From positions 29,760,001 through 29,824,000 of the forward strand of contig OX597826.1 of the NCBI GenBank assembly GCA_951406725.2: a stretch of DNA of 64,000 bases, given 5' to 3'. The position numbers and the translations under genes are program-made. This DNA is from Octopus vulgaris (Eukaryota). Below are positions 1 to 14,134 of the stretch, piece after piece (within the stretch, counting starts at the first letter, position 1; the number at the start of each line of letters is the position of its first letter). The notes under the pieces are model-generated. The model was not told the DNA's origin, made no database searches, and was given only the letters and a program-made list of their open reading frames with translations.

Positions 1-77
1 GTATCAACACATTGATACATCGCCACAAAAATCACACACACACACACACACACATTTTATATTTACACCCACCCACC

Positions 78-420
78 TGTGGCAAGGAGTTTGCTTCCCA
101 GCCACATGGTCCCGGGTTCATTCCCACTACACGGCATTTCATCGACTCGAGGCAACTATAGCCTTGAACTGACCAAAGCACTGTGAGTGGATTTAGTAGG
201 CGGAAACTGAAAGAATCCCGTCGTGTGTGTGTGTGTCCCATTCAGCACCGCATGTTGGTGTGCTTATACGCCCTTACTTAGCGGTTTGGCAAAAAGACAC
301 CGATAGTATTAGTACCGGGCTTCAAAATAGGTACTGTGGTCGATTCGTTCGACTAAAAATTCTTCAAGACCCGATACCCCAGCATGGCCAGAATCAGACG
401 ACTCAAACATGTATTAAAAG
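78..420 (+). mobile_element. SINE family A copy (tRNA-like head, CR1-LINE-like 3' tail)
   Basis: Matches other copies in the window: ttgcttcccagccacatggtcccgggttca...gtgagtggatttagtaggcggaaactgaaagaa...cttagcggtttggcaaaaagacaccgatag...ccagcatggcc. Confidence 0.8.
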
Positions 421-512
421 GCGAGTGTGTGTATACTTTATATATATATATTGATAGAAATGGTAAGACAACAAAAGAATGAAAGAGACCTCGATATTAT
501 GTAAATGGAGGA

Positions 513-555
<43 letters not shown>

Positions 556-594
556 AATATATGTATATATATATATATATATATAATATATAAA

Positions 595-674
<80 letters not shown>

Positions 675-728
675 TATGCATATATACATACATATATGTA
701 CATACCTATATATGTATGTGTATATATA

Positions 729-903
729 GGTACAGGACAAAAAAAAATGTGAGCAACATGAAAAACGAGAACATAAAAAACAAAAACATGGCAAACGACC
801 TTTTTTTCGAACAACGAAAGAAACAAATAATGAAACGAGAGAGGCAACATGAAGAACATTCCCTTCATGAGTTGTCCCCTGTTTTATCTACATCGCGTTT
901 CAC
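729..903 (-). repeat. Interspersed repeat related to the 4911-5180 foldback (probable retroelement 3' end)
   Basis: ggtacaggaca...caacatgaaa...gaaacaaat...cccttcatgagttgtc...tatctac is similar to 4928-5070. Confidence 0.55.
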
Positions 904-1167
904 ACACACGCATAAATATTATAGGAGTTATTAGCTGCTTATTACCTAATAGTTATATATATATATGCATACACACAGTTATATCAATATGCGTATATGT
1001 ATAGATATGAATATATGCATGTTTCTATTTATGTAGAGGCTCATATGTTTATATATATATTGATTTCCAACATGTTAGATATCTCGAGGGATGCAGGAAA
1101 TGTAAAACATGTTTCATGTCAGTCGTGATGCATGTGATGTATTTTAAACATCTATTAATCAATGGTA

Positions 1168-1530
1168 TATAGATAGATAGATAATTAGATAGATAGATAG
1201 ATAAAGATAGATAGATAGAGATAGATAGATAGAGACAGATATAGAGATAGATAGAGATAGATAGAGATAGATAGATAGAGATAGATAGATAGATAGAGAT
1301 AGAGATAGATAGATAGATAGATAGAGATAGATAGATAGAGATAGATAGATAGATAGAGATAGATAGAGATAGATAGATAGAGATAGATAGAGATAGATAG
1401 TTAGACAGAGATAGATAGATAGATAGATAGATAGACAGAGATAGATAGATATATAGATAGACAGAGATAGATAGATAGATAGACAGAGATAGATAGTTAG
1501 ATAGATAGAAGAGATAGATAGAGATAGATA
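1168..1530. repeat. (AGAT)n/(AG)n compound microsatellite
   Basis: Direct reading. Confidence 0.95.
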
Positions 1531-1860
1531 GGAAAGCCATCTTTTTTCTATCGAGGGATTATATGCCCCTTTATTAGACTATTTTCCTAAGTCATTGCAC
1601 GGTGATCGCCACAAGCTATAAGCTCACATAAAAATGCGATTATTATTATTATTTACAGGATCGTAAAATACGGCACCGTATAACAAAACCATTCGCACCG
1701 AAAGCATATATATATATATATACACATATACATACACACACACGCACGCAAACACGCGCACATACATACACACACATACATATCCCCCCAAACGCACGCA
1801 CATACATACATACATACATACATACATACATACATACATACATACATACATACATACATA

Positions 1861-3245
1861 GTAGCAGAGGTACCCGGCATTGCCTGAGATTGAAATTTTT
1901 TCTTACATATTGGAAAAATAACAATAATAATAAACGAAAATATGAAATTTACCATTTTTATGAAAGGAAATAAATTCTACCACATATGTCGAATGAAATT
2001 ATGTAATCTGGGTAAACAACACTGTTTTCTAGTTTGGAGCATAGACAAGTCTTTCAAACTACCTACACTGGAGTAACCAGCATAAAGGTCACCATTAGAA
2101 AAGCAAGCCAGTAGATTTCAAAGACTGACCTTGAGCTTTATTAATAGACATTGCAAAGCAAAGTCATTTGAATTCAAAGGGCATGTCTGTTGGTTTGATT
2201 GGAGTTCTTGGAACGAAAATCTCTTCCCAGAGGCACGTCCAGTGATGATTGTAGCTTCTGTCACATCAGGTGATAATGTCTTCACAATCAACATTGTCCC
2301 ATTGCATAATTTAGGAGGACCTAAATTTCTTAGAAGCATTATTGGGACTTCAACCTTCCGAAAAAGTTTATGTGGAGGAATTCCAGGTGGCTCAAGAGAA
2401 TTAAGGAACTCTGTTGGGTAATGGACAGTTTGATTGTCATGAAGGACTGAATCAACGGATTTGTACTTCTTAATGACTGTTAGAATCTTATTCATTAATT
2501 CATGGTTAATTCTCGCTACTGTCTCATTGCTTGGATTAAGAATTGCCCTTTCACAACCATTTACGTGAATTATAATTATTACTTAGGTCTGGCAATACAC
2601 TGTTCTTCAGTTGAGCTGGGGAATTCATCATGATAGCATATTGAGACAAACTGATATCATCATTCCCATCAAATGGTACTTTCCCATCTCCTAACTGGAA
2701 GAGGCAGGTTGGAAACTGTTTTGCACATTGGTCCCCATGTAATGAAGCTGGCACGTTAGTATTGAAGGAGAATTTCAGTACTTTATTCCATAAGTGTGAA
2801 AACTTAATGCATGCTTTTATTTCATCAGATCTTGTTCGTCTCAGAATGACTGATAATGTCTGCCTGAAGTCTCCTGATAAAAGAAATGTAACTTCTCCCA
2901 TAGTTTTATTGTTGCCTCTGATGTCTTGAAAAGTCTTACCAAGAGCTTCCATTGTACCTCTATGTAACATGGTGCATTCATCTCAAATCATAAGGTGGCA
3001 TTAGCACAACAGTTCTGCTGAACCTAAATCTTTGCTTATGTTACAAATTAGACTGTCATTTGTAACCAGGTTTAGGGGCAATTTAAAAGCAGAATGAGCT
3101 GTTCGCCCTTCTGTGAGAATGGTTACAGCAAAGCCAGACAATGGTACAGCAACTGCAATTTTTTTTGTTGCCTTACTTTGGAGAGAAGTAATGTTACAAA
3201 TGTCTTATGTGTGTCGCCAGGAGCATCAAGAAAGAAAATTCCTCA
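1861..3245 (-). mobile_element. Decayed Helitron fragment: PIF1-like helicase pseudogene plus 3' terminus
   Basis: Minus-strand translation gives FLDAPG..KTF, GRTAHSAFKLP, DECTM, LLSGDFRQTL, YPTEFLNSL..PGIPPHKL, MLLRNL..KLCNGT (PIF1/RepHel motifs) with stops and frameshifts. The end reads ctcaggcaatgccgggtacctctgctac, a degenerate Helitron hairpin+CTAG terminus. Confidence 0.88.
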
Positions 3246-3423
3246 GCTTTTTTCTGACGATTGTGGAACGCCGCCCGCCCGACCGCACACACATACACAC
3301 AAACACACACACACAGAGTATCAAACACATAAAATGGAGGTGAGAGAGAGTGAAGGCGTGTGTTGTCATATATACGTACATACAAAAATAATAGGCGTAT
3401 ATTTTTCTTGTATGTATGTGTGC

Positions 3424-3521
<98 letters not shown>

Positions 3522-4059
3522 CATCACTCTCCCTCTCTCACACGCATAAATACATACAGAAAAGATGTAAGCATATGTATTTATGTACGTACGGATACAG
3601 GACAACACATCCCTTCACTCTCTCTCTCACACACACACACACAGACACAATATATAAGTATGTGCAAACGTACTTGCAAAAACACGTATGCATGTGTAAC
3701 TTATAAATACATAGAGCTGAACACAGAGTGAAAAAGAAAATAAATAATTTTTTTACGTAAATAAACGAAGTGTGCGAGAGAGAGAGAGAGAGGGAGGGGG
3801 AGAGAGAGAGGGTATTGCGAACAATGAATGGGATGGACATAGAATGAAAAAAATCGTATAAATAAAAGCACGTTGAAAAAGTGACTTGTACCGAATATCT
3901 AAATTTGTGATCTTAGTAAATATTTCTTTCAGTAATTTATCGTAGGTGTTTGTAAGTAGCGAAATGAAAACATTAAAATTTAGACAGGGACAGACTTCGC
4001 CATTTTTATGTCAATACCGGAAGTTGACACTGAGAAACCTTTTTAAAGAAGTGAATCTA

Positions 4060-4778
4060 ATGAATAATTTGACCTCGGACATATTATAGGGTCTTTATTT
4101 GATTTTTTTATTAATTTTTTTTTTTAAATAAAAAGTATTGCTTTTTATATTCTATTCACGTCTTTCAAAGATTTTAATATTTTACTTCCGGTTTCCTAGC
4201 GTCAGTGACCTAACATATCTCTTTATGTATCTATCTCTCTCTCTCTCTCTCTCTCTCTATAACATATCTCTCTATATCTCTTGTTTTCACTTTCATTTTA
4301 CAGACCCTATTCTTTTCACTTTCACTTTTCATACGCCATTGTTTGACTTCTATGTTTTTGTTTTCACTGTAAGTCTAAGTTTTGAATCGCTACTTACTAA
4401 CAAACAACGACAAATTACTGACAGAAACAGGTTTACAATTACTGATGTAAGTAATTTCATAATATACTGACAGAAGTATCTTCCTAAATTTCACTTCAAT
4501 TCGTACGGTCTTGTGTTTTGCTGTTGTTGACTGCTTCTTTCGGGTTCCTTCCAGACAGAAAGAGTGACAAATTTCCCTTCAACCCCTGCAATACTTTCTC
4601 TTCTGTAAAAATTTCTTATTTACTTTCTGCCCGGCGTATTAAGAACTACAGATTTCTGCCCCCACCAACACAATATCCATGATCATAACTTTCAGAATTA
4701 CTATTTTATTCGGTTCAGTAATGTTTATAAAAAAATCAAATAAAGACCCTATAATATATCCGAGGTCATATTATTCAT
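4060..4778. mobile_element. Non-autonomous element with ~50-bp terminal inverted repeats
   Basis: atgaataatttgacctcggacatattatagggtctttatttgattttttta (4060-4110) is the near reverse complement of taaaaaaatcaaataaagaccctataatatatccgaggtcatattattcat (4728-4778); no ORF inside. Confidence 0.7.
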
Positions 4779-4910
4779 GCATCACAAGTATGGAAGTAAT
4801 TGGTGAAACTGTTTTCGCATGAAAAGTGAATACGCACACATCTCTATGTTATATATATATATATATATATATACACATACAAACACACATACATACACAC
4901 ACACATATAT

Positions 4911-5180
4911 ACTCACATGCATATATGGGTACAGGACATCACCAAGCAGTAAACAACATGAAATACGAAAGCAAATGAGTTCAATACGCAAACAACGAGA
5001 GAAACAAATGGAAAACAGGACAAGTAACACAAAGAACGACCCTTCGTCAGTTGTCGGCTGTCTATCTACTCCTGTTTTCCATTTGTTTCTCTCTCGTTTG
5101 CGTATTGAACTCATTTGCTTTCGTATTTCATGTTGTTTACTGTTTGGTGACGCCCTGTACCCATATAAGCAAGTGTGAGT
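4911..5180. repeat. Foldback, ~110-bp arms with ~50-nt spacer
   Basis: atatgggtacagg...caaatggaaaacagga versus tcctgttttccatttg...cctgtacccatat. Confidence 0.9.
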
Positions 5181-5252
5181 GTGTAATATATATTATTTAT
5201 ATTATTATTTAATTAAACGCCACGCATCCATTTCCAAGTAAGTTTATATATG

Positions 5253-5285
<33 letters not shown>

Positions 5286-6053
5286 GGTATATATAACACT
5301 TATACATACAATACAACCGCACAACTTCTGTGCATATACATGATACACATCCATCCCCCACACACGCACACACTATATATATATATATATATATATCGAC
5401 TTACAAAGTACATATAATATGTTACAGTGTTTAACTATAAAGCCTATTAAGCAGCATCCCTTTATTATCAATATTTACATTGTAATATTCATTCGCACAC
5501 CCACAAACAGTTGCAACAAGTAAAGCGATATGAAACAACACAATATTAAAAAAAACCCCAAAAAACTACAACGAAAACATTAGCAGACGACACAAATACT
5601 TTCCCGAATATCATACAAAATAGACAGTTAGTAATTGAAGAAATATTGAAACTGAATAAAATTAACATGCAGACAACATATTCTGGTCTGTATCAATCAA
5701 GTTGGGTCATGTCAGCTATAAGGAGTCCGCAATACTCACCAGCTTCAGATCATCTTAAAGATGAGAATGTGAAAATGTAGAAATGTTGATAATGGATTTA
5801 AGAAATTTAATGTTAATTGCCAACAAACTGCGACGAACTTATACGAAAGTATGAATAAAAGCATGGTAAAAATGAATGGTAAACCTTGAAAGCAACCATG
5901 TTTTAATATGCTTAAAATAATAGCTGCACAGCAGAGTTCAAGATCAATCTGTGCCAAGCGGCTTTACTCTGCGTATTTTAGCTTCGTTATTATGGCAACA
6001 GTCCGGGTACATTTTGATCAGACCTAGTATGTATGTATGTATGTATGTATGTA

Positions 6054-6093
<40 letters not shown>

Positions 6094-6454
6094 AAAATAT
6101 ATATATATAAAAATGGAAAATATTACCTCGATCGTCCTGTAGGACAGTGATCTAATTTAAATAAATGCTGATTTTGTCTTGTCTGCTTCAGTGATCAATT
6201 ATATCGATAATATTCGATACGAGTAACAACAAGCATTACAAATTTAAAAAAATGTTTCAACACCTCCTTGTTGAATATTTGTATAAATTTGAATTCATGA
6301 AGGTAGTTAAATAATGTTTTCTTAAATAAAGACTTGTTTTGCTAAAATATTTAATCAAACTCATTATGCCTTAAAGCGAAAACAGTTAACATGGTTGCCT
6401 TTGATTCATAAAAAGGAAATACTACTACTACTGTACACTGACCATGACATTAAT

Positions 6455-6605
6455 AGGAATGGATGTGTGGTTAAGATGCTTGTTTTGCATACATGTGATT
6501 TCTGGTTCAGTCTTACCTTGGCCAAGTGTCTACCATATCCTCAGGTCGACTAATGCCCTTGTGAGTGAATTTGGTTGACGGAAACTGTAAGGAAGCCTGT
6601 CGTGC
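6455..6605 (+). mobile_element. SINE family A 5' part
   Basis: gtgtggttaagatgcttg...ggttcagtc...ccttggccaagtgtc...gtgagtgaatttggttgacggaaactg. Confidence 0.7.
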
Positions 6606-6664
6606 AGAATATATATACACATACAAGTAGACACATTTCGGTATTAATACTACCTTTATCGCTA

Positions 6665-6733
<69 letters not shown>

Positions 6734-7528
6734 AACATTCATCAGACACAAACTACTATATATATATGCGATTTGGGTCTGATGAATATTTTTGAGGTAT
6801 TTCTCAACATATGAAACTATAAGTAGCACATAATAATATTTATCTCCCACCAGATGGAGTACTTTTCTGTTGATCTTATATATATATATATATATAAATC
6901 TTTAGGTAAATATATTCAATAAGAATATTATGTACTGAATTTATATTGAATGCTCAAGTGTATCAAAATATAAATGCTTATCAATATTGGATTTCATTAC
7001 AGGGACAACTCTTCTGCGAAACGATCGTAAGATGCTTTAAATAATTAATTCAAAACTTTTAAATTTATTTATACATTATACTTACATTTATACACATTTA
7101 CATATATTTTTATATTTATTTATATATATTTTTAATATAATAAGTATTTTTACACGGGTATATCTTTATGATACTCAATCCTACACATTTGTCTCACGAA
7201 TCAAATTACCCAACATCACAATTTCCAGGTGAAAACTGGCCTCAAGCTCGCAGTAGCATGAAACTCGAGTAAATAAACGATGTAAATTTACTCTATAGTT
7301 TACAATCGTTTCGATATAACATGTGAGTTGCTGAAATGAGCGTAAACTATGGAATAAAAGTAATATTAGCAATTGCATCCTTTACTTTTTAAACTCCCCA
7401 ACGGAATATAATCTCCCGGATATTATCTTTGTTTGAAACCCCGTATGGTTCTAGCAGAGAAATTCTCATCCATACAAATGCCTAAGGTAAACACCGAGAT
7501 TATATCATTACTTCTCACTCCCTATATA

Positions 7529-7569
<41 letters not shown>

Positions 7570-7619
7570 TGTGATTAGCGTTTTTCTGGGATGATGTATA
7601 ATAATGCAAAGAATAATAG

Positions 7620-7822
7620 TGGTTCCAGGTTTTGGTACAAGGCCAGCAATTTAGAGGGAGGGAGTTAGTCGATTACGTTGATCCCAGTGCTCGGCAAGTA
7701 CTTATTTTATCGACTCCAAAGGGATGAAAGACAAAGTGGACCTCAGCGTAAGTTGAACTTGGACGAAATTCTGCTCAATATTTTGCCTGGCGTGCGAACG
7801 ATTCTGCCTGCTCGCCGCCTTA
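7620..7822 (-). mobile_element. SINE family B copy
   Basis: Reverse complement of ggcggcgagcaggcagaatcgttcgcacgccagg...gagtcgataaaataagtac...ctgggatcaacgtaatcgactaactcc. Confidence 0.75.
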
Positions 7823-10279
7823 AAGCAAAGAATAATCTGTTAAGTTGAGTACAGTAACGGTTATTTAAAACTGAGTTTATATGAATCGTCATTGTATACT
7901 CATTTTTGGACGTATCCCATGATTTTGGCAGGATTTCTTTTGGTTGAAAGCTCAAATTCTGATTCTCCTGTTCAAATCCCCAGTTTGGGCTGAGATTGCA
8001 GTCAGAGATTATGTCGCAGTATCTTAACAGTCTCCACATATTCTTTAATTACTCTTTGCACTCCAATATATATTTTTTGTTAAAACAGATTTTATTATAT
8101 CTTGAGATAGTCATCATGTCAATAATAAATGCATTGGTTCTATTTCGATTTTATTATTTGTCAACTAGCTAGCATTTAACCAGTCAATTGATTAATTGTT
8201 CTGTTAATCAGCTTGATCAGTCAGAGTCATTTCATCACCATTCGTGACCTCGTCAATGTACACACGCTCTCAACTCCAGGTCATCACGAGATCTTTTTGT
8301 CTCCCAGAAGTTTTGTTCAGAAAAAAAAAAAGCCGTTTTATTTTGCCCAAAGAAGTATTGTGACTACTTAACGAAGAGTTCTTTACGATTTAGCGAGGAT
8401 CGTTTGTCTTCGGCACTGTCATTTCAGATGTTCCGGCTTTTTAGGTTTCTGTAGAATTTCTAATGTTTTTCTTTCTCATTCTTTATATTTGCGTCTTTTC
8501 TTGGTTGATGGTTTCATTAAAAAAGATTGCGGTATTTTTTTTTAGTTTACAGTTATTTTCTTTTTTGTTCTGTTTTCCTACATTGTTTGCTCTGGGTTAA
8601 CTGTTTATATAAAAGTAGTTTTGAGACAATATCTACTTTCCTTTGTGACTATTGTGTCTATTACACAGATTAGTTGATTTGTCCTGGTAATATTAATGTT
8701 TACATCTGTTTCCACTATCTCAACATTAGCCCATTTCACGGTATTTTTTCTATATGCCGCCATTTTATTTTTCCTGTTGAGAAGAGTCTTTCTCTAGCCC
8801 ATACAAACATCTATCGATTTTAATTCTTTAAATATTTCTATCATTAGATTGTTACCATATTTAAAATGTTCAGCTTTAGAAATTTCTATTCTTAACTGTC
8901 ATATTCACTTACGCATATATATATATATACCCTTACATTTCCACGTGTATTTTATATTTTCTTTTTATAACATCTTTCTACTATATATATATATATATGT
9001 ATATTTGTTGCTCTATTTTCCTTGAAATATTGGAGTTTTACCGTTTTGTTTGTTATTCTTTTATTTTATTTGTTTGCTATGTCTGTCTTGGCGATTTACC
9101 TCTTCAATGTTTACAGCTTTGATGTTTATATTTTCCTTCTTGATATTTTTGTTTGCTGTATATATTTTCCGTATTTAGTCTTCCATTTTCTTTAGTTTCC
9201 TATTTCGATATCTGATATTCAGTCGGTTTTAAGTATATAACTTCTCAAGACAGCCAGACTGTTTGGAGTTAAAGTTACTTCGAGATCAGCGATATATTCT
9301 CTTAAAAGATTTACGTCTGTTACGATAATCTCGCCTCAGATGGCGGTAGTGGCGCAGTCAGAATATAACGTAGTTTATAAAAAAACAACAAAAAAGCATA
9401 GAACCGTTTTCGTCACGAATCTTTTTATGCCTTTTCTGTTTTACTTGTGAGACATCAGAGGAAAAAAATCGTGTATTTATTTATGTGTCTATTAATATAT
9501 ATTTAAATTATTATCGCTTTTATTAATTTCAGGTGATGCGGAATTTTGTACTTCGGGTTTAGTGAAATTTTATGCTTCCAATTCAAAGAAGGTATTAACT
9601 TATTGAAAAGTAAAACAATAAAATCTGAGGGAACTGGTGATGGTTTAAGTTGGTAAATAGTAAATATAGACATCTCGTTAAAATGAATAAATTATTTTGT
9701 TGTGAAGAAGAAAATCTAACGTTTAAGACAAGACTCTTCATCAGAGAAATACAGAAAGGGAAAGATAAAGAAATAGAGAAGGCTCGGGAGAGAGTGTGAG
9801 AGAGCAAAAGAAAGAGAGAGAGGGAGAGAGATGAAATTATATTTCATCTCTATCCCAAAAGAATCCTGCAGGAAACGTTAGGTGGTTAGCATTTTCTTTT
9901 CAACCGCGGAGGGAATGATACGAATTTCAGTTTTATGCAAGCATACTTATATAGATACGTAACACAATACACTCCTATTTATATTTATATATCGTTGCTA
10001 TTATGCAAAAGTGTCGTAAGTCCAAAACGTTGCTTTTTCAAAAAACTGAAAAATAGTTTTACCATTCCATTTCTTTTTACATTAGCAACAGTTTCAGCTT
10101 AACAATAATACTTTGTTGAGTGCATAAAATCGTAACTCCATGCATATATGATATTTTCAATCAGAAATAATTTTGCAAAACTGTCGTATGTGAAGCTTAA
10201 TACACTTATGACAATTTTCATCTGAAGCAGCTGGAGATACGGTAGTTTGACCGAAAGAACCGGCTATAGAAACATGTGG

Positions 10280-10323
<44 letters not shown>

Positions 10324-10324
10324 C

Positions 10325-10500
10325 AGTGTGATAAGAAGTTTGCTTTTCTGCTGCGTGATTTTTGGTTCAGTGCCACCCCGTGGTGTGTGGTACTTGGCAA
10401 TTGTCTTCTACTATCGCCTTGGGCCGATCAAATCCTTGTGAGTGGATTTGGTAGACGGAGACTGGGAAAAGTTCGTGTGTGTGTGTGTGTGTGTATGCTC
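10325..10500 (+). mobile_element. SINE family A 5' part
   Basis: taagaagtttgctt...ggttcagtgccac...gtcttctactatcgccttgggccga...ccttgtgagtggatttggtagacggagactg. Confidence 0.75.
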
Positions 10501-10534
10501 CTCACCACCGCTTTCAAACTCTTGGAGCAATGTC

Positions 10535-10595
<61 letters not shown>

Positions 10596-10863
10596 CCTGA
10601 AGAGATCGTACTTATAATGAATAAATCGCTGCATATAAATATGCAACAATATGCAGCTCGTGCGATCGAAATGCGTGGCGGAAAATTATGAATAAATCAA
10701 CTCTAAATAAACATAAAGTTTGACTGTTCAAAAAATCTGTAACATCGCATTGGAGTTAAAGGAAATTTACCATAAAATGCACCATCTGAAGGAACCAGCT
10801 CAAGCATTTTACATAGAGAAATTCGGTACCTGCTTGGATATTATATCCCTCCTCTTAGTGTAT

Positions 10864-10918
<55 letters not shown>

Positions 10919-11673
10919 TCTTTCCTTCTCTGAGCGTCTTATTAATACTTTGCATATACCACACCCGTGCGCTGTTGTCTTTTTCTTGTCCTCTTTTTCC
11001 TCCGATTTTTAAAATTTACACACACACACACACATACATACACACACACACATATGGATATGTTTGTATACAGGAGGATAGATTATATTTTTTTATAAAG
11101 AAATGATTAACATCGGTTACAAAGTTTCGCCACTAATCAATCGTCAGACTGTGAATATTGTAGTTTTACTTGTGGATAGCGACATGAGTATAGAGAATTG
11201 CTTATAAACAGGGTTTTAGCGGGTTAAGTTTAACAAAAACAAAAAACAAAAAAAAAAAAACAAACAAAACAAGAAATAAACAAACAGTAGAGATTGTAGG
11301 AATGTAAAACCGAATTAACCAATTTTAACCCACTCTCTTTGTTTGAGGACAGTTGTATTTGGTTTGTTTACTGCAATAAAGGTTAACTGGACGCTTCCGT
11401 ATGCTTGCTATCTCTATTTGTATAACTATCTTCAAAATTTCGACAGGGTTAAAATGAATTAAGAGGCACTGGAGAATATAACTTTAATATTATTTATTGA
11501 AAGCGGACAGTTTGTGCAGTTGATAATGAAGTTTTGTCTGTAATTGGGTGGGTAAAGGGGAAAGATATTTGATTTAGGGGGCGAGTGGGCTCACGGATTA
11601 AGTGGAAGTAGAATTACTACATAATATTTTTAGGCAAACGGAGTTTACAGAAATACGCGAGGTCAACCAGTCT

Positions 11674-11712
<39 letters not shown>

Positions 11713-11983
11713 GAATTGTAGGTCATCGAATGCAGCTAGTAATCTTTTAATCGAACCTGGAGGCATGGCTGAGATTCGAACTTCCAATGAAATTCAATCA
11801 GTTACAGCAGCAGAGGGATGTGTGTATATAATTCATTTAAGTTGTTTCCCAGAGAGAGAGAGAGAGAAGTGGTGGTATGGAAAGGGTGAGATTAAGGGAA
11901 AAATTCATAAATACCCCCACACAAGATTGAAAGAGAGAGGAAGATGTAGTGGTGAGAGTGAGAAAGCGGTACACACACATATA

Positions 11984-12019
<36 letters not shown>

Positions 12020-13019
12020 TGTATATATGTGTGTGTGTGTGTGTGTGTAACGCAAGGAAAGAGTGAGAGAGAGACAGAGATAGTAAGAAAAAACGATATT
12101 TGGTGAGAAAAAAAAAGAGAAATAATATATGAGAGGAAGAGAAACACTGAATAAAGTGGACATTAGGGATGGAGGGAGGGAGGGAGGGAGAGCTTGTGTG
12201 AAAATGAAGCCAGAAGTGTATAACTTATACACACATACATGTAAACACACGCTCGAACTCGTACACACTCTCACTCGCCTATATCTACACACACACACAC
12301 ACAATCTTAGACTCAGAATTAACTTTACACTCGTCAATGCATACATAAATGGCAATATAATAACACACACACATTATATGCATATATGCACACTATATAT
12401 ATATACAAACACGCATGCACTCATACATTTGCTGACGCAGCTGCGTCTATAAGCATGCTAGCGTTGTCCATAAACCGATGGAGGCACACGCATATATATT
12501 ACACATACCTATACGCATGTACACCCACACGTTTATACACGCTTGTGTGTGTGTGTGTGTGTGAAAGTATATTTGAGTACGGGAATATATTGGCGTGTGC
12601 GTGAGTATATATTTGTGTATACACGAAATAAATATATATATATGTGTGTGTGTGTGTGTAGGAATATCAAACTGAGTACGTGTATATTTATGAATGCGTA
12701 TATCTGTGAAAGGTTTCCATGTATTATCACGAAATGCAAAATAAAATCACAATCTTCGCCTAAGAGAAAAATAAGAGATTAAAGCAACAACAAAAGTAGT
12801 GGGTAGAACACAGCAACAACAACTACCATAAAAAATAACAAAAATAAAAACATCAATAACAACAACAACAACAACCCAAAAAGGGGTTGTTTTACATGTT
12901 TAGTTTCGAGGCATCAAATCTAGACAAAAGATTCGCGTGTTCGAATCTTTAGAAGCCCTCGTCGAGCCCTGGGGCCGAGACTGCGGCAATTTTTTGTTTT
13001 ACATAATAGAATTTCATAA

Positions 13020-13152
13020 GGCGCAGGTGTGTTGGTGTGGTAAGAAGCTTTCTTCCCAGCCACATGGTTCCCTGTTCAGTCCCACATCATGGCACCTGAC
13101 CAAATCCTTGTGAGTGGATTTGGTAGACGAAAACTGAAAGAAGCCTGTCGTG
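13020..13152 (+). mobile_element. SINE family A 5' part (internally deleted)
   Basis: ggcgcaggtgtgttggtgtggtaagaagctttcttcccagccacatggttccctgttcagtcccac...ccttgtgagtggatttggtagacgaaaactgaaagaagcc. Confidence 0.8.
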
Positions 13153-13199
<47 letters not shown>

Positions 13200-13273
13200 T
13201 ATATATATATATATATATATATATAAGGAAAAGAGATGACAAAGGAATAACTGATTACCTTATGAACTTCATT

Positions 13274-13355
13274 AACTTACAGCCGTTTCCGTTGTAAGAT
13301 GTGGTTGATTCATAACTGAGTGCCTGAATCAATACCTTGCACTTTCGTCAGAGCC
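13274..13355 (-). ncRNA. Type I hammerhead ribozyme motif (PLE-type, long stem II)
   Basis: Minus strand: ggct-CTGACGA-[stem II including ttgattca/tgaatcaa]-GAAAC-ggct-GTA-agtt. Confidence 0.6.
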
Positions 13356-13564
13356 TCAAACATGAAGTGCACTTCATGCAGGCATGGGTAATTGCAAGTT
13401 TTACCCCCAAACCTTGCCTGGGCCTACCCCCACCACAACACGCATGTGTAGAAGTCTGGTGGTCAACTTTGACCAATAGATTCCTAATAAATTTCCTAGC
13501 TTCAAGTAAAATTTGAGAAAGATGTTAATCTTTCTAATCCGAAAGAGCTAGAGTTATGAATTCC

Positions 13565-13790
13565 GTTGTCGTTGCTGTTTAGTAGTAGATCAGCTTTAAG
13601 ACTGAACAGTCCTATGATCAAAAGCTCTCCGGCTGTGACAACCCAGTTTTTTTGTTGAGGCATCGTTTATTTAAGGATACTCAAAACGTCCTCTTCTATT
13701 TTAAGATGGTAGGTTGCTATTTGAAGGCGATTTGGCTGCTATGTCTAGCAAGTTTAATGACCACGCAAAGGCTTTTCTCAATGGGTCGAA
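13565..13790 (+). repeat. Old interspersed repeat family C (related copies ~19460-19530, 51510-51700, 52860-53060, 63530-63660)
   Basis: Shared motifs ttgtttag...gatca...atgat.aaa and gatttggctgctat.tctagca. Confidence 0.55.
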
Positions 13791-14134
13791 TGGCTTCGGT
13801 TGTAGAGTAGAACGATGTCTGCATGCGGCTGAAGAGACCCAGCGCATCGAAACAGTAAATTCTTTTGCGATTATTGGGTTTTCTATAAGCTATGTGCTAC
13901 CTCATTTTCACTACACATACATTCATATATATAGAACTGGAGAAAAGAAAGATCTATAGAGAAGTAATCAGAAATGTATAGCTCTTATATCCAGACTAGA
14001 AATTTTCATTTGTTCCTCTTATTATAGATGTACTGTACTATGTTTCTGCAGATTTGTAGAAAGCCAATTGACTCGCATTCTCCAAATGCAGTTGATAAGT
14101 GACACATCGTAAATATAAAATAATAATAATGAAA

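Noticed and set aside
13828-13862. CTGAAGAG...CGAAACaGTA minimal hammerhead
   Set aside because: Core words are present but there is no stem I pairing and stem III is too short; at most a decayed remnant.
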